NCBI GenBank assembly: GCA_003645215.1
Contig: QNEM01000003.1
Span: 1-39,128, forward strand
Length of the DNA stretch: 39,128 nt
DNA from: Gammaproteobacteria bacterium
GTDB taxonomy: Bacteria > Pseudomonadota > Gammaproteobacteria > Eutrophobiales > Eutrophobiaceae
Reading direction: 5' to 3'
The position numbers were made by a program, and so were the translations under genes. Below, one piece after another: positions 1 through 9,270 of the stretch (its first letter is position 1; each line of letters starts with the position of its first letter). The notes under the pieces were generated by a model that ran no database searches, had not been told where the DNA came from, and was given only the letters and a program-made list of their open reading frames with translations.

Positions 1-534
1 AGAACCCATCAGGCCTATTTGTTGTGTAGCGGTATCGTCAGCCCTGTTCATATGAGCAATACTGAAATCAGCGATTTTTACTTCCAGATTAACTTCAGCC
101 AGGATATTTGATGGTTTTATATCTCGATGAACGACACCCTGCTTATGCGCATAATCCAGTGCCTTGGCACACTTGAAGATAATTTCTACAACTTTTTCTA
201 TCGGCAAAAGATTTTCAGGTGTGCAGTAAGGTTTAAGTGTCCCGCCACCCTTGACCAGCTCCATGACGATGTAACAAACATCCTGATCCGTGCCGGCATC
301 AACAATACCAACGATATTGGGATGATTCAGGCTGCCCGCTGTGTGTGCTTCGTTGAAGAACATTTTCTTGTATTGATCACCGGATTCTTCATTTTCCAGG
401 GACTCGGTATGTGCGACCTTGATTGCTACACCACGATCAGTATATGGATCATGTCCCAGGTAGACCGTTCCCATACTGCCCCGGTCTATTTCACCTAACA
501 CATCGTATTTGCCCAGTTTTTCGGGGAAACTCAT
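1..534 (-). CDS. Hanks-type Ser/Thr protein kinase, N-terminal part (runs off the left edge); paralog of 3026..4318
   Basis: Not in the ORF track. Manual minus-strand translation from ATG at 534 gives MSFPEKLGKYDVLGEIDRGSMGTVYLGHDPYTDRGVAIK...NEAHTAGSLNHPNIV...YIVMELV...HRDIKPSNIL...KIADFSIAH...GLMGS, open to base 1. Kinase subdomains I-VII are present. Confidence 0.93.
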   Translation of the reverse strand, partial: MSFPEKLGKYDVLGEIDRGSMGTVYLGHDPYTDRGVAIKVAHTESLENEESGDQYKKMFFNEAHTAGSLNHPNIVGIVDAGTDQDVCYIVMELVKGGGTLKPYCTPENLLPIEKVVEIIFKCAKALDYAHKQGVVHRDIKPSNILAEVNLEVKIADFSIAHMNRADDTATQQIGLMGS

Positions 535-838
535 CTTATTCAGGTATCTATTTTTTTATTTAAGTAGCTATTTTAAGCATTAAAATTGGCCTCAATCGCA
601 ACAATTCATTTGTTTGATGAAGTCATGTGTGTACCCTTTGAAATAGTACTGCAAACATAGCTTTTTGGACAGACATACCCAAATTATTTGTGCGTAGTTT
701 GAGTTTACACATAATAGATGCCAAACTTGACTTAAAATCTAAATCATTGCTGATTATACTGAGTCCAGTGTGTTATTTACATCTCATTACAGTGATTATT
801 TATTGTTACAGGGAAACCGATTTAGTGAGGACAATTTC

Positions 839-1270
839 ATGAAAACACCTGCAAGCCAGCTTTTAAATAACAAAGGACGCAAAACGCATTCGGTTTCACC
901 AGAGACCATGGTCTATGACGCAATTAAACTCATGAATGAAGCAAAAGTCGGTGCACTACTGGTCATGGAAAACAACAAACTGGTGGGTATAATCTCCGAA
1001 CGAGATTACGCTCGTAGAGTTATACTTGAAGACAGGGCATCACACGATACACCAGTCAAAGACATCATGACCCCGGATGTTATAACCGTCACACCTGATC
1101 AATCCGTTGAAGACTGCATGAAGCTGATGTCTGCACATCATATTCGACATCTCCCGGTCGCAGAAAATGGAGAGGTATCAGGTGTAATATCCACGATGGA
1201 TGTCGTAACAAGTATTATTTCAGAAAAAGAATCCGTCATTGACCAGCTGGAACATTACATCTCAGGCTAA
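839..1270 (+). CDS. Stand-alone tandem CBS-domain (Bateman) protein
   Basis: KVGALLVMENNKLVGIISERDY and HIRHLPVAENGEVSGVIS are CBS-pair motifs. ATG 839 follows a GAGGA RBS and is preferred over the GTG at 770. Confidence 0.9.
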   Translation: MKTPASQLLNNKGRKTHSVSPETMVYDAIKLMNEAKVGALLVMENNKLVGIISERDYARRVILEDRASHDTPVKDIMTPDVITVTPDQSVEDCMKLMSAHHIRHLPVAENGEVSGVISTMDVVTSIISEKESVIDQLEHYISG

Positions 1271-1394
1271 TAAAATATTTTCTGTCTTTGCAACCGCCCA
1301 CATTCAGGGATTATCAATCAAGATTACGCATGGCGTTTTTAGTTTCTTTCAATGATGGATTAACTAAAGTCCCTGTACCTCCACTATTATCTCT

Positions 1395-3020
1395 ATGAGT
1401 ACGCACAAAATACCTAGACATGTATCTGTAAGCTGCTGGCAAGCACTCATAGATCACAAGAAAGATATTTCCAGAACAAGTCTGCAGGAAATGTTCATTC
1501 AGAACCCGGGGCGCGCTAAAAGTTTTTCTGCTGAAAATAACAAGCTCTATGTCGATTATTCGAAGCACTATATTACTGAAGAAACTATTCAGCTCCTGAT
1601 CTCCATGGCACAAAGCACTGATTTAAATGGTGCAATTCAAAAATTGTTCAGTGGTGCAACAATAAATTGGACAGAAAACAAGGCTGCTATGCACATGGCG
1701 CTGCGTGCACCAGCAGATAAAACCTATTCAGTCGAAGGTGAGGATGTCAGCAAACAGGTACACGATGAACTACAGCATATGCAGGACTTTGTTACGGCTT
1801 TGCACAGTGGTGAGTTCAGGGGCCATACTGACAAACCCATAGAAACAGTCTTTAATCTCGGTATTGACGGATCCGATCTTGGTGCTAAATTAGTTACCGC
1901 AGCACTCTCAAATTTTGCCGTATCAGATATCGACATTCATTTCGTCTCGAATGTTGACATTAACGACATGAATTCAGCATTGGAAAAATCGGATGCAGAA
2001 ACGACATTATTCATTATTTCATCAAAATCTTTTACTACAAAAGAAACGCTGTTTAACGCAGAAACTGCGATTAAATGGCTCAGGGAACATGGCTGCAAGT
2101 CCCCCGATAAACATTTGCTGGCAGTAACTGCAAATCACGATGCAGCAAAGGCCTTGGGCGTGAAAGATGAAAATATATTTCACATCTGGGAATGGGTGGG
2201 TGGGCGATATTCACTCTGGTCCGCCATTGGTTTGCCCATTGCCATCAGGATTGGCATGGATCATTTCCGGGATTTTCTCTCAGGTGCGTCCGCAATGGAT
2301 CAACATTTTTGTGAACAAACCATGGAAAATAATCTACCTGTAATCCTCGCCTTGATTGACATCTGGTATATCAATTTTTTTCATGCAGAGACGATGGCAA
2401 TATTTCCTTATGACCATTCACTGAACATGTTGCCCGCATATATTGGCCAGTTAATTATGGAAAGTAATGGCAAACAGATTGATAAGGAAGGTAATCAGAT
2501 AAAATACAACACCTCTCCAGTTATATGGGGCGGAACTGGAAACAATGCCCAACATGCCTATTTCCAATGCCTGCACCAGGGAACACATCTGGTTCCTGTT
2601 GATTTTATTGTCAGTCTTATAAGTAATAGTGAAAATAAAAGCCAACATCAGGAGCTGCTGGCAAATTGTCTGGCTCAAGGCGAAGCACTTATGCATGGCC
2701 ATACAGAGGTTGATCGGGCAGAGACTGAATGGGCAGCCTACAAAAATATTCCCGGGAATCGGCCTAGCACTACTATTCTGCTGGACGAATTATCTCCAGC
2801 CACATTAGGTTCACTATTATGTCTGTATGAACATCGATGTTTTGTACAAGCTCATATATGGAACATTAATCCATTTGATCAGTGGGGAGTCGAATTGGGA
2901 AAAAATATTGCAAAACAAATCTCAGAGGAACTTAATGAGGCCACTGACAATAACGTTACTCATGACTCATCAACAGAAAGACTAATATCTTATTACCGCA
3001 AAAAGAACGAGTCTTGCTAG
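1395..3020 (+). CDS. pgi: Glucose-6-phosphate isomerase (somewhat divergent)
   Basis: SKSFTTKET, WVGGRYSLWSAIGL, MESNGK, QHAYFQCLHQG and NPFDQWGVELGK motifs are present. The GIGGS loop reads GIDGS. Confidence 0.92.
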   Translation: MSTHKIPRHVSVSCWQALIDHKKDISRTSLQEMFIQNPGRAKSFSAENNKLYVDYSKHYITEETIQLLISMAQSTDLNGAIQKLFSGATINWTENKAAMHMALRAPADKTYSVEGEDVSKQVHDELQHMQDFVTALHSGEFRGHTDKPIETVFNLGIDGSDLGAKLVTAALSNFAVSDIDIHFVSNVDINDMNSALEKSDAETTLFIISSKSFTTKETLFNAETAIKWLREHGCKSPDKHLLAVTANHDAAKALGVKDENIFHIWEWVGGRYSLWSAIGLPIAIRIGMDHFRDFLSGASAMDQHFCEQTMENNLPVILALIDIWYINFFHAETMAIFPYDHSLNMLPAYIGQLIMESNGKQIDKEGNQIKYNTSPVIWGGTGNNAQHAYFQCLHQGTHLVPVDFIVSLISNSENKSQHQELLANCLAQGEALMHGHTEVDRAETEWAAYKNIPGNRPSTTILLDELSPATLGSLLCLYEHRCFVQAHIWNINPFDQWGVELGKNIAKQISEELNEATDNNVTHDSSTERLISYYRKKNESC

Positions 3021-3025
3021 AAAGT

Positions 3026-4318
3026 TTAATCCTCGTTCAGGACTTTTGCAGTTGTTAAAGAAAGCCTTTTCACCAGCGTCCTTAAAAACACCTTGTTAAA
3101 GTGTAACTGGCAGCCGACGGATAACTGATCGATCACGGTACTGTTAATTTTCAAAAGGCGTACTGCATCTTTTGCCTGAATCGTCGCTGTCCTTTCAGTA
3201 TTAGACAAATAACCCATTTCTCCGAAACAATCCCCTGCCTTAATAGTTCCAATGCGGGTAGTTTTTCGATAAACATCAACATCACCCGCAACAATTACAT
3301 AGAATGCCTCGTCGACATCTCCCTGAACCAAAACTTCCTGGCCTGCTTCATATTCCTGCCATACACATGACCGAATGATCTCCCAGATTTCTGCTTCTGA
3401 AAAACCCTGAAAAAATTCCAGTTGCTGAACCTGCGTAAATCTTTCCTTCTCATCAAGATCTTCCTCTGGCTCATCGAGATAATCAAATACCAGGCTCAAG
3501 TCTGCTGCCATATTCAAACCCATCTTGTAACGCCTCTCAGGGTTCTTTTGTAGCACATGATGAATAATTTTCTCGAAAATTTCCGGGATGTCAGAACGGT
3601 AACTTCTCAATGGCGGTGGTTGTTCATTCGTGATTTTATAAATCAAACGTGAAAAGCCATCCGCAGCGAAAGGATGTTTGCCAGTTAATAATTCGTACAA
3701 GACGATACCTAATGAGAACAAGTCCGTTTGATTTGTAATCATATCTTCCTGTACCTGCTCAGGAGACATATAACGAGGTGACCCAACGAAACCAGTCGGC
3801 ATGGTGCTCTCTGCTTCTTCAGTCATTAAATGCGCAATACTAAAATCACAAAATTTAACATCCATGTCTTTTGTCAGCAGTATGTTCGTGGGTTTGATGT
3901 CCCGATGCACGACCCCGATTCTATGTGCATAATCCAGCGCTTTTGCACATTTAAAAATGATTTGTACAACCTGCTCATATGACAAAAGATTATCAGGTTT
4001 ACAGTGTGGTTTTAAGGTGCCTCCACCTTCAACCAGTTCCATAACGATATAACAAACATCTCCTTCTGCACCAGCGTCCAGAATCTCAACAATATTTGGA
4101 TGTTTTAATTTCCCGGCTGTATGGGCCTCGTTAAAAAATGTTTTTTTGTAGCGTTCTGCGGTTTTTTTATTCTTGAATGTATGCGTATTGGCAACCTTCA
4201 GGGCAACACGATGATCAGTAAAAGGGTCATGCCCTTCATAGACCACACCCATACTGCCACGGCCCAGTTCTCTGATTACTTCATACTTCCCCAGTTTTTT
4301 CGGTATGTCAGTCGCCAT
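3026..4318 (-). CDS. Ser/Thr protein kinase with C-terminal cyclic-nucleotide-binding domain
   Basis: Kinase motifs LGRGSMGVVY, VALK, HRDIKPTN, DFS and GSPRYMSPEQ. The C-terminal GDCFGEMGYLSNTERTATIQA is a cNMP phosphate-binding cassette. Confidence 0.93.
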   Translation of the reverse strand: MATDIPKKLGKYEVIRELGRGSMGVVYEGHDPFTDHRVALKVANTHTFKNKKTAERYKKTFFNEAHTAGKLKHPNIVEILDAGAEGDVCYIVMELVEGGGTLKPHCKPDNLLSYEQVVQIIFKCAKALDYAHRIGVVHRDIKPTNILLTKDMDVKFCDFSIAHLMTEEAESTMPTGFVGSPRYMSPEQVQEDMITNQTDLFSLGIVLYELLTGKHPFAADGFSRLIYKITNEQPPPLRSYRSDIPEIFEKIIHHVLQKNPERRYKMGLNMAADLSLVFDYLDEPEEDLDEKERFTQVQQLEFFQGFSEAEIWEIIRSCVWQEYEAGQEVLVQGDVDEAFYVIVAGDVDVYRKTTRIGTIKAGDCFGEMGYLSNTERTATIQAKDAVRLLKINSTVIDQLSVGCQLHFNKVFLRTLVKRLSLTTAKVLNED

Positions 4319-4473
4319 CGTTCATTTATCTAGATTGATTCAGTATATGGTTGTTAATACTACTTTATACCCAAACTACTTGGAAATCATAGCTCCTGCT
4401 GTACTTGGAACAGCATCATCAAGTACCATTCGCTTCTTTTTAGAAAACAAGTATTTGATAAGTCATTATAAAC

Positions 4474-5232
4474 ATGAAAACTATTATCCTTGCAGCTGGA
4501 ATTGGTCAACGCCTGGGAGATATTCCGGGCAACTCTTCGGAGAAAAAACCAAAATGCTTGCTGGAATTTGATGGCAGGAGCCTGTTACAAAGACATCTCG
4601 AGATCCTTCATCACTATGGCATTGATGACATCGTCATTATCACAGGTTTTGAATCCGATATGATTAAATCAACACTCTCCAGGATTGGTGCTGACCACGT
4701 TGATACTTGTTTTAACCCTGATTTCACCAAAGGTAGTATTTTAAGCATGTTATCAGGACTGAATACCCTGGAAGCAAGCCAGAATTTTATTCTGATGGAT
4801 GCTGATGTGCTCTACGATCACAATATTCTTGGCAGATTAATCAATTCGGACAAAGAAAATGTTTTCCTGCTGGATCAAGATTTCGAAATGGGAGAAGAAC
4901 CCGTGAAATTATGTGTTCGTAATGAGCATCTTGTCGAGTTCAGAAAACAACTGGATGAAAGTCTGGATTTTGATTTTATGGGTGAATCTGTAGGTTTCTT
5001 CAAATTCACCTCTGCAACAGGAAAACTACTTGGCTTAAAAGCAGCTGAATATGTTGACAAGGGTGAAGATGAGGCCCCTTACGAAGAAGTTATCAGGGAT
5101 TTGTTACTGGCTAAACCTGAGCAATACTCATTTGAAGATATATCAGGTTTACCCTGGCTGGAAATAGATTTTCCTGATGATGTTGTCAGGGCAAAGGATA
5201 TAATACTGCCAAAACTGACAGACTTGCCCTAG
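4474..5232 (+). CDS. LicC/PntC-like NTP transferase (putative phosphonate cytidylyltransferase)
   Basis: N-terminal IILAAGIGQRL..KPKCLL, central DAD and C-terminal WLEIDFPDD motifs. First gene of the pepM operon. Confidence 0.85.
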   Translation: MKTIILAAGIGQRLGDIPGNSSEKKPKCLLEFDGRSLLQRHLEILHHYGIDDIVIITGFESDMIKSTLSRIGADHVDTCFNPDFTKGSILSMLSGLNTLEASQNFILMDADVLYDHNILGRLINSDKENVFLLDQDFEMGEEPVKLCVRNEHLVEFRKQLDESLDFDFMGESVGFFKFTSATGKLLGLKAAEYVDKGEDEAPYEEVIRDLLLAKPEQYSFEDISGLPWLEIDFPDDVVRAKDIILPKLTDLP

Positions 5233-5269
5233 AACCATACACAAGGCCCATAGACAAGAACCATACACA
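5231..5269. repeat. 13-bp tandem repeat, three copies
   Basis: AGAACCATACACA / AGGCCCATAGACA / AGAACCATACACA, starting in the NTP-transferase stop codon and running towards pepM. Confidence 0.75.
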
Positions 5270-5304
5270 AAGACCGTAATTAAAAGCTACAAGCCAGAGT
5301 AAAA

Positions 5305-6942
5305 ATGACCCAGAAGAAACTAATAAGCAAAAGTGCAAAACTCCGCGCCTTACTCGAATCGGGTGAGCTTGAATTTATCATGGAGGCACATAATGGTATT
5401 TCTGCTCTAATTGTGGAAAAGGCCGGGTTTAAGGGGATTTGGGGCAGTGGACTATCAATGTCTGCACAATATGCGGTACGTGACAGTAATGAAGCCAGCT
5501 GGACCCAGGTCGTTGATATGCTGGAGTTCATGTCCGATGCAACAGAAATTCCAATTTTACTTGATGGTGACACTGGCTATGGCAATTTCAATAACATGCG
5601 CCGCCTGGTCAAGAAACTTGAGCAACGTGATATTGCCGGTGTCTGTATTGAAGATAAACTATTCCCGAAGACCAATAGTTTTATTGATGGCGAACGCCAA
5701 CCATTGGCCGAAGTGGATGAATTTTGTGGAAAGATTAAAGCCGGTAAAGACAGTCAGTACGATGAGGATTTTTGTATCATCGCCAGGGTTGAAGCACTGA
5801 TTGCTGGCTGGGGGATCGAGGAAGCACTGCGACGTGCCGAGGCTTATCACGAGGCCGGCGCAGATGGCATACTGATTCATAGCAAGCTGTCACAGGCAGA
5901 TGAAATTCTGGAATTTGCAGCCGAATGGGCAAACCGTTCCCCATTGGTAATTGTTCCAACAATCTATTACAGCACACCAACAGATATCTTCAGGAATGCA
6001 AATATTAGTCTGGTAATCTGGGCTAATCACATGATTCGTGCAGCAGTGGCTTCGATGGAGAAAATCTGTGCCGATGTTTATGCAAATGAATCGGTGGCCG
6101 GTGTTGAAGATAATATTGCGCCCGTGAAACAATTATTTTTCCTGCAAGGTGCGGCAGAGCTCAGCGAAGCTCAGGAACGTTATTTACGGCCTAAAGGCTC
6201 GGAAACCAAGGCCATTGTACTTGCTGCAAGTCGTGGTTTTGCACTCGGCGAACTCACTGAAGATAAACCTAAATTAATGCTTTCAATCGGTGGAAAAACT
6301 GTTTTACGTCGTTTGCTTGATGAATTTAAAAATCAGAATATCAATAAAGTGACGCTGGTTGCTGGTTATAAACCTGAGGCTATAGATACCAGTGGCATAG
6401 AGATGAAAATTAATAAGGATTATGAAACAACAGGTGAGTTAGCATCACTTACCCAGGTCGTCAGTGAATTTCATGATGACATGATTATCACCTATGGTGA
6501 CTTGCTGTTTCGTAGCTATATCCTCAGGGATTTGCTTGAAAATGAAGGTGAGATTGTTGCCGTCATTGACTCCTCTGTTGAGAATGATAATTACAGTGGC
6601 ACACCTGATTATGCTTATTGCTCACAGAAAGAAGACCGGGCCATATTCAAGCAGGATGCATATTTAAATCATGTCTCTGAAGAAAAAAATACTGCATCAG
6701 GCGACCCTACTGGTCGATGGATTGGCATGTTACGCGTACGAGGCCAGGGCAGGCAATGGATCGAAGATGCCATTGATGAATTAAAATCCCATGAAAACTT
6801 TAAGCAATTGTCCCTGGCCGATCTCCTGAACCAGTTAATCAAGACAAATCACCCTGTCAAAGTCCATTACATCAACGGTCATTGGGTTGATATCAATGCA
6901 TTGGCAGATATCGACCGTGCTGGCGACTTCACCAAGTTATAG
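5305..6942 (+). CDS. pepM: Phosphoenolpyruvate mutase fused to a C-terminal NTP-transferase domain
   Basis: Diagnostic EDKxxxxxNS motif ([10 protein letters not shown], 5650-5679), plus EAHNG and DGDTGYG. The C-terminal ~245 aa begin [10 protein letters not shown]...KPK, an NTP-transferase fold. Confidence 0.96.
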   Translation: MTQKKLISKSAKLRALLESGELEFIMEAHNGISALIVEKAGFKGIWGSGLSMSAQYAVRDSNEASWTQVVDMLEFMSDATEIPILLDGDTGYGNFNNMRRLVKKLEQRDIAGVCIEDKLFPKTNSFIDGERQPLAEVDEFCGKIKAGKDSQYDEDFCIIARVEALIAGWGIEEALRRAEAYHEAGADGILIHSKLSQADEILEFAAEWANRSPLVIVPTIYYSTPTDIFRNANISLVIWANHMIRAAVASMEKICADVYANESVAGVEDNIAPVKQLFFLQGAAELSEAQERYLRPKGSETKAIVLAASRGFALGELTEDKPKLMLSIGGKTVLRRLLDEFKNQNINKVTLVAGYKPEAIDTSGIEMKINKDYETTGELASLTQVVSEFHDDMIITYGDLLFRSYILRDLLENEGEIVAVIDSSVENDNYSGTPDYAYCSQKEDRAIFKQDAYLNHVSEEKNTASGDPTGRWIGMLRVRGQGRQWIEDAIDELKSHENFKQLSLADLLNQLIKTNHPVKVHYINGHWVDINALADIDRAGDFTKL

Positions 6943-6966
6943 GCCAGATGTTTTGAGGGAAGGAAA

Positions 6967-8121
6967 GTGATAGAAGCAGGAGATTTTGTTGAGGCTGCAC
7001 GAGACTTGGGTTTCCAGCGCTATACGGGCGTGCCCTGCTCTTTCCTCACGCCCTTTATAAACTACGTTATCAATGATGAGTCTCTAAATTACGTGTCATC
7101 TTCAAATGAAGGTGATGCCATTGCTACAGCCGCAGGGGCAGCGATGGGCGGAGAAAGGTCTATCGCCATGATGCAGAACTCAGGACTGGGTAATGCTGTC
7201 AGCCCCATCACCTCACTAAGTTACGTGTTCCGCATTCCCATGATAATTATCACCACTCATCGTGGTGCACCAGGCATAACAGACGAACCCCAACATGAAT
7301 TAATGGGACAGATCACCGGTGAAATGTTCGATACCATGCGCATTCCATGGGAAACATTTCCTGTGGAAAAAGCAGACATTGCACCGGCATTAAAGCGTGC
7401 CTGTGAATTTATGGAAAAAGAACAAAGACCATACGGTTTTATTATGCAGAAAGGTACGATTTCTGCACATGAACTCAAAAACAATAGTCTTGTTGCGACC
7501 AAAAATACTGATATCGAGAAAAAGATATTCAATAAAAACAATGTGCCCCTGCTTAGCAGAAACGAGGCACTGAAAAAAATTATTGAACATACACCGGTTG
7601 AGAATTCTGTTGTCATCGCAACCACTGGATTTACGGGACGAGAGTTATTTGCCATTGATGACCGTAAGAATCAACTCTACATGGTCGGCTCCATGGGCTG
7701 TGCTTCTTCACTGGGCCTGGGCCTGGCACTGGCACGTCCTGATTTACAGGTAGTGGTGGTTGAAGGTGACGGGGCAGCACTGATGCGCATGGGTAATTTT
7801 GCAACTTTAGGCAGTTATGGCGGGGACAATCTCACGCACATCATCCTGGATAATGAAGTTCATGACTCAACCGGTGCACAAGCCACAGTCGCAAACAATG
7901 TGAAATTCGCAGAAATCGCTGCTGCCTGTGGTTATGCCGTGACTTACCAGGGCAATGATATTGAATTGATAGAACAATTATTTAATTGTAAGAAACAGGC
8001 AGGTGCAAAATTTGGGCACCTCAAGATTTCAGCGGGGGCAATTGAAAATCTGCCTCGACCTGATGTCACACCGGTTGAGGTCTTGCAAAGACTGATGCAA
8101 CATATCGACACGAGTTTCTAG
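6967..8121 (+). CDS. ppd: Phosphonopyruvate decarboxylase (ThDP-dependent)
   Basis: TGVPCS, NEG, MQNSGLGN, DEPQH, MVGSMG and the GDGAALM...DNEVHDSTG ThDP motif. GTG start after GAGGGAAGGA; follows pepM. Confidence 0.95.
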   Translation: MIEAGDFVEAARDLGFQRYTGVPCSFLTPFINYVINDESLNYVSSSNEGDAIATAAGAAMGGERSIAMMQNSGLGNAVSPITSLSYVFRIPMIIITTHRGAPGITDEPQHELMGQITGEMFDTMRIPWETFPVEKADIAPALKRACEFMEKEQRPYGFIMQKGTISAHELKNNSLVATKNTDIEKKIFNKNNVPLLSRNEALKKIIEHTPVENSVVIATTGFTGRELFAIDDRKNQLYMVGSMGCASSLGLGLALARPDLQVVVVEGDGAALMRMGNFATLGSYGGDNLTHIILDNEVHDSTGAQATVANNVKFAEIAAACGYAVTYQGNDIELIEQLFNCKKQAGAKFGHLKISAGAIENLPRPDVTPVEVLQRLMQHIDTSF

Positions 8122-8123
8122 TT

Positions 8124-8171
8124 AGTCGCACTTGTGCCTCCATGCACCCGCGACATACATTATATCCATGT
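8124..8171 (-). repeat. Intergenic hairpin element, related to the copy at 30682..30713
   Basis: The reverse complement of 8124-8155 (TGTCGCGGGTGCATGGAGGCACAAGTGCGACT) matches 30682-30713 at 25/32 positions. Nested stems GTCGC/GCGAC and GTGC/GCAC. Confidence 0.7.
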
Positions 8172-8186
8172 TAATAACAAAATATT

Positions 8187-9266
8187 ATGTCTGAAATATT
8201 ATTAAATCCCGGCCCTGTAGTCCTCAGCGAGCGTGTTCGTAATGCCATGTTGCGTCCTGATCTATGTCATCGTGAAACAGAGTTTGTTGAATTACAAAAT
8301 AGCATTCGCCATGATTTATTAAACGTCTATCCCCTGCCTGAAGATAAATGGGCCGCAATATTAATGACCGGCTCTGGCACCGCTGCGATGGAAGCCATGA
8401 TGACCAGCCTGGTACCTGACCACGGCAAGGTCCTGATTATTGAAAATGGTGTCTATGGAGAACGCCTGAGCAAGATTGCAGAAATTCATCAGATTAATCA
8501 CATGCGCTTACACCATGAATGGGGGGCAGCCATCGACCTGAAACTGCTCGAAGACGAACTACAGTACAAAGAAGGATTCAGTCATGTTGCTGTGGTCCAT
8601 CACGAAACTACAACAGGGCGGTTGAATGATCTGGCAGGTATAGCGGCAGTCTGCGCAAAATATAATTTACCTATCCTGTTGGATGGTGTCAGTAGTTTTG
8701 GTGCCGAGGATATTGAATTTGAAGACTGGAATATCATTGCCTGTGCTGCCACAGCCAATAAATGTTTACATGCTGTGCCCGGAACCTCGTTTGTCATTTG
8801 CAACAGGAATGCGCTCGATGTCATGCAAGCAACACCGCCTAGAACGCTCTATCTTGATCTCTCCAGCTATTTGAAAAATCAGGATGCAAATGGCACACCT
8901 TTCACGCAATCGGTGCAAACCTTCTACACGCTTGCTGAGGCCCTGAAAGAATTACAGGATCAAGGCGGCCAGAAGAAACGCCAGCAAAGCTACTGGCATA
9001 GACTGAATATTGTCAGAGAAGGTCTAGACAAACTGGGGATCGATGCCTTGATGCAGGTGGAAGAATGTTCCTGTGTCCTCAATGCCTTTCATTTACCAGA
9101 TGGCATTGACTACCAAAGATTACATGATGAACTCAAGAAAAACGGGTTTGTTATCTATGCTGGACAGGGTGACCTGTCAAAAACACTTTTCAGAATTTCA
9201 TGTATGGGGGAAATATCTGATCAGGAGTTGGAAAGGTTTGTAAACGTAATGGGGAGTATTGTCTAA
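8187..9266 (+). CDS. aepZ: 2-aminoethylphosphonate aminotransferase (class V PLP; AepZ/PhnW family)
   Basis: LLNPGP, GSGTAAME, NGVYGER, HHETTTG, DGVSSFG, ANKCLH (PLP lysine) and GFVIYAGQG. The pepM-ppd context suggests the biosynthetic direction. Confidence 0.92.
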   Translation: MSEILLNPGPVVLSERVRNAMLRPDLCHRETEFVELQNSIRHDLLNVYPLPEDKWAAILMTGSGTAAMEAMMTSLVPDHGKVLIIENGVYGERLSKIAEIHQINHMRLHHEWGAAIDLKLLEDELQYKEGFSHVAVVHHETTTGRLNDLAGIAAVCAKYNLPILLDGVSSFGAEDIEFEDWNIIACAATANKCLHAVPGTSFVICNRNALDVMQATPPRTLYLDLSSYLKNQDANGTPFTQSVQTFYTLAEALKELQDQGGQKKRQQSYWHRLNIVREGLDKLGIDALMQVEECSCVLNAFHLPDGIDYQRLHDELKKNGFVIYAGQGDLSKTLFRISCMGEISDQELERFVNVMGSIV

Positions 9267-9270
9267 CTAA

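Noticed and set aside
127-498. 123-aa plus-strand ORF
   Set aside because: Antisense shadow of the minus-strand kinase at 1..534, which has clear motifs.
5305-6200. Possible isocitrate or methylisocitrate lyase call for pepM
   Set aside because: It has [10 protein letters not shown] rather than KKCGH/KRCGH, and is followed by ppd and aepZ.
8187-9266. Catabolic phnW (phosphonate utilisation)
   Set aside because: No phnX, phnY, phnA or transporter in the window; it is co-directional with pepM-ppd.
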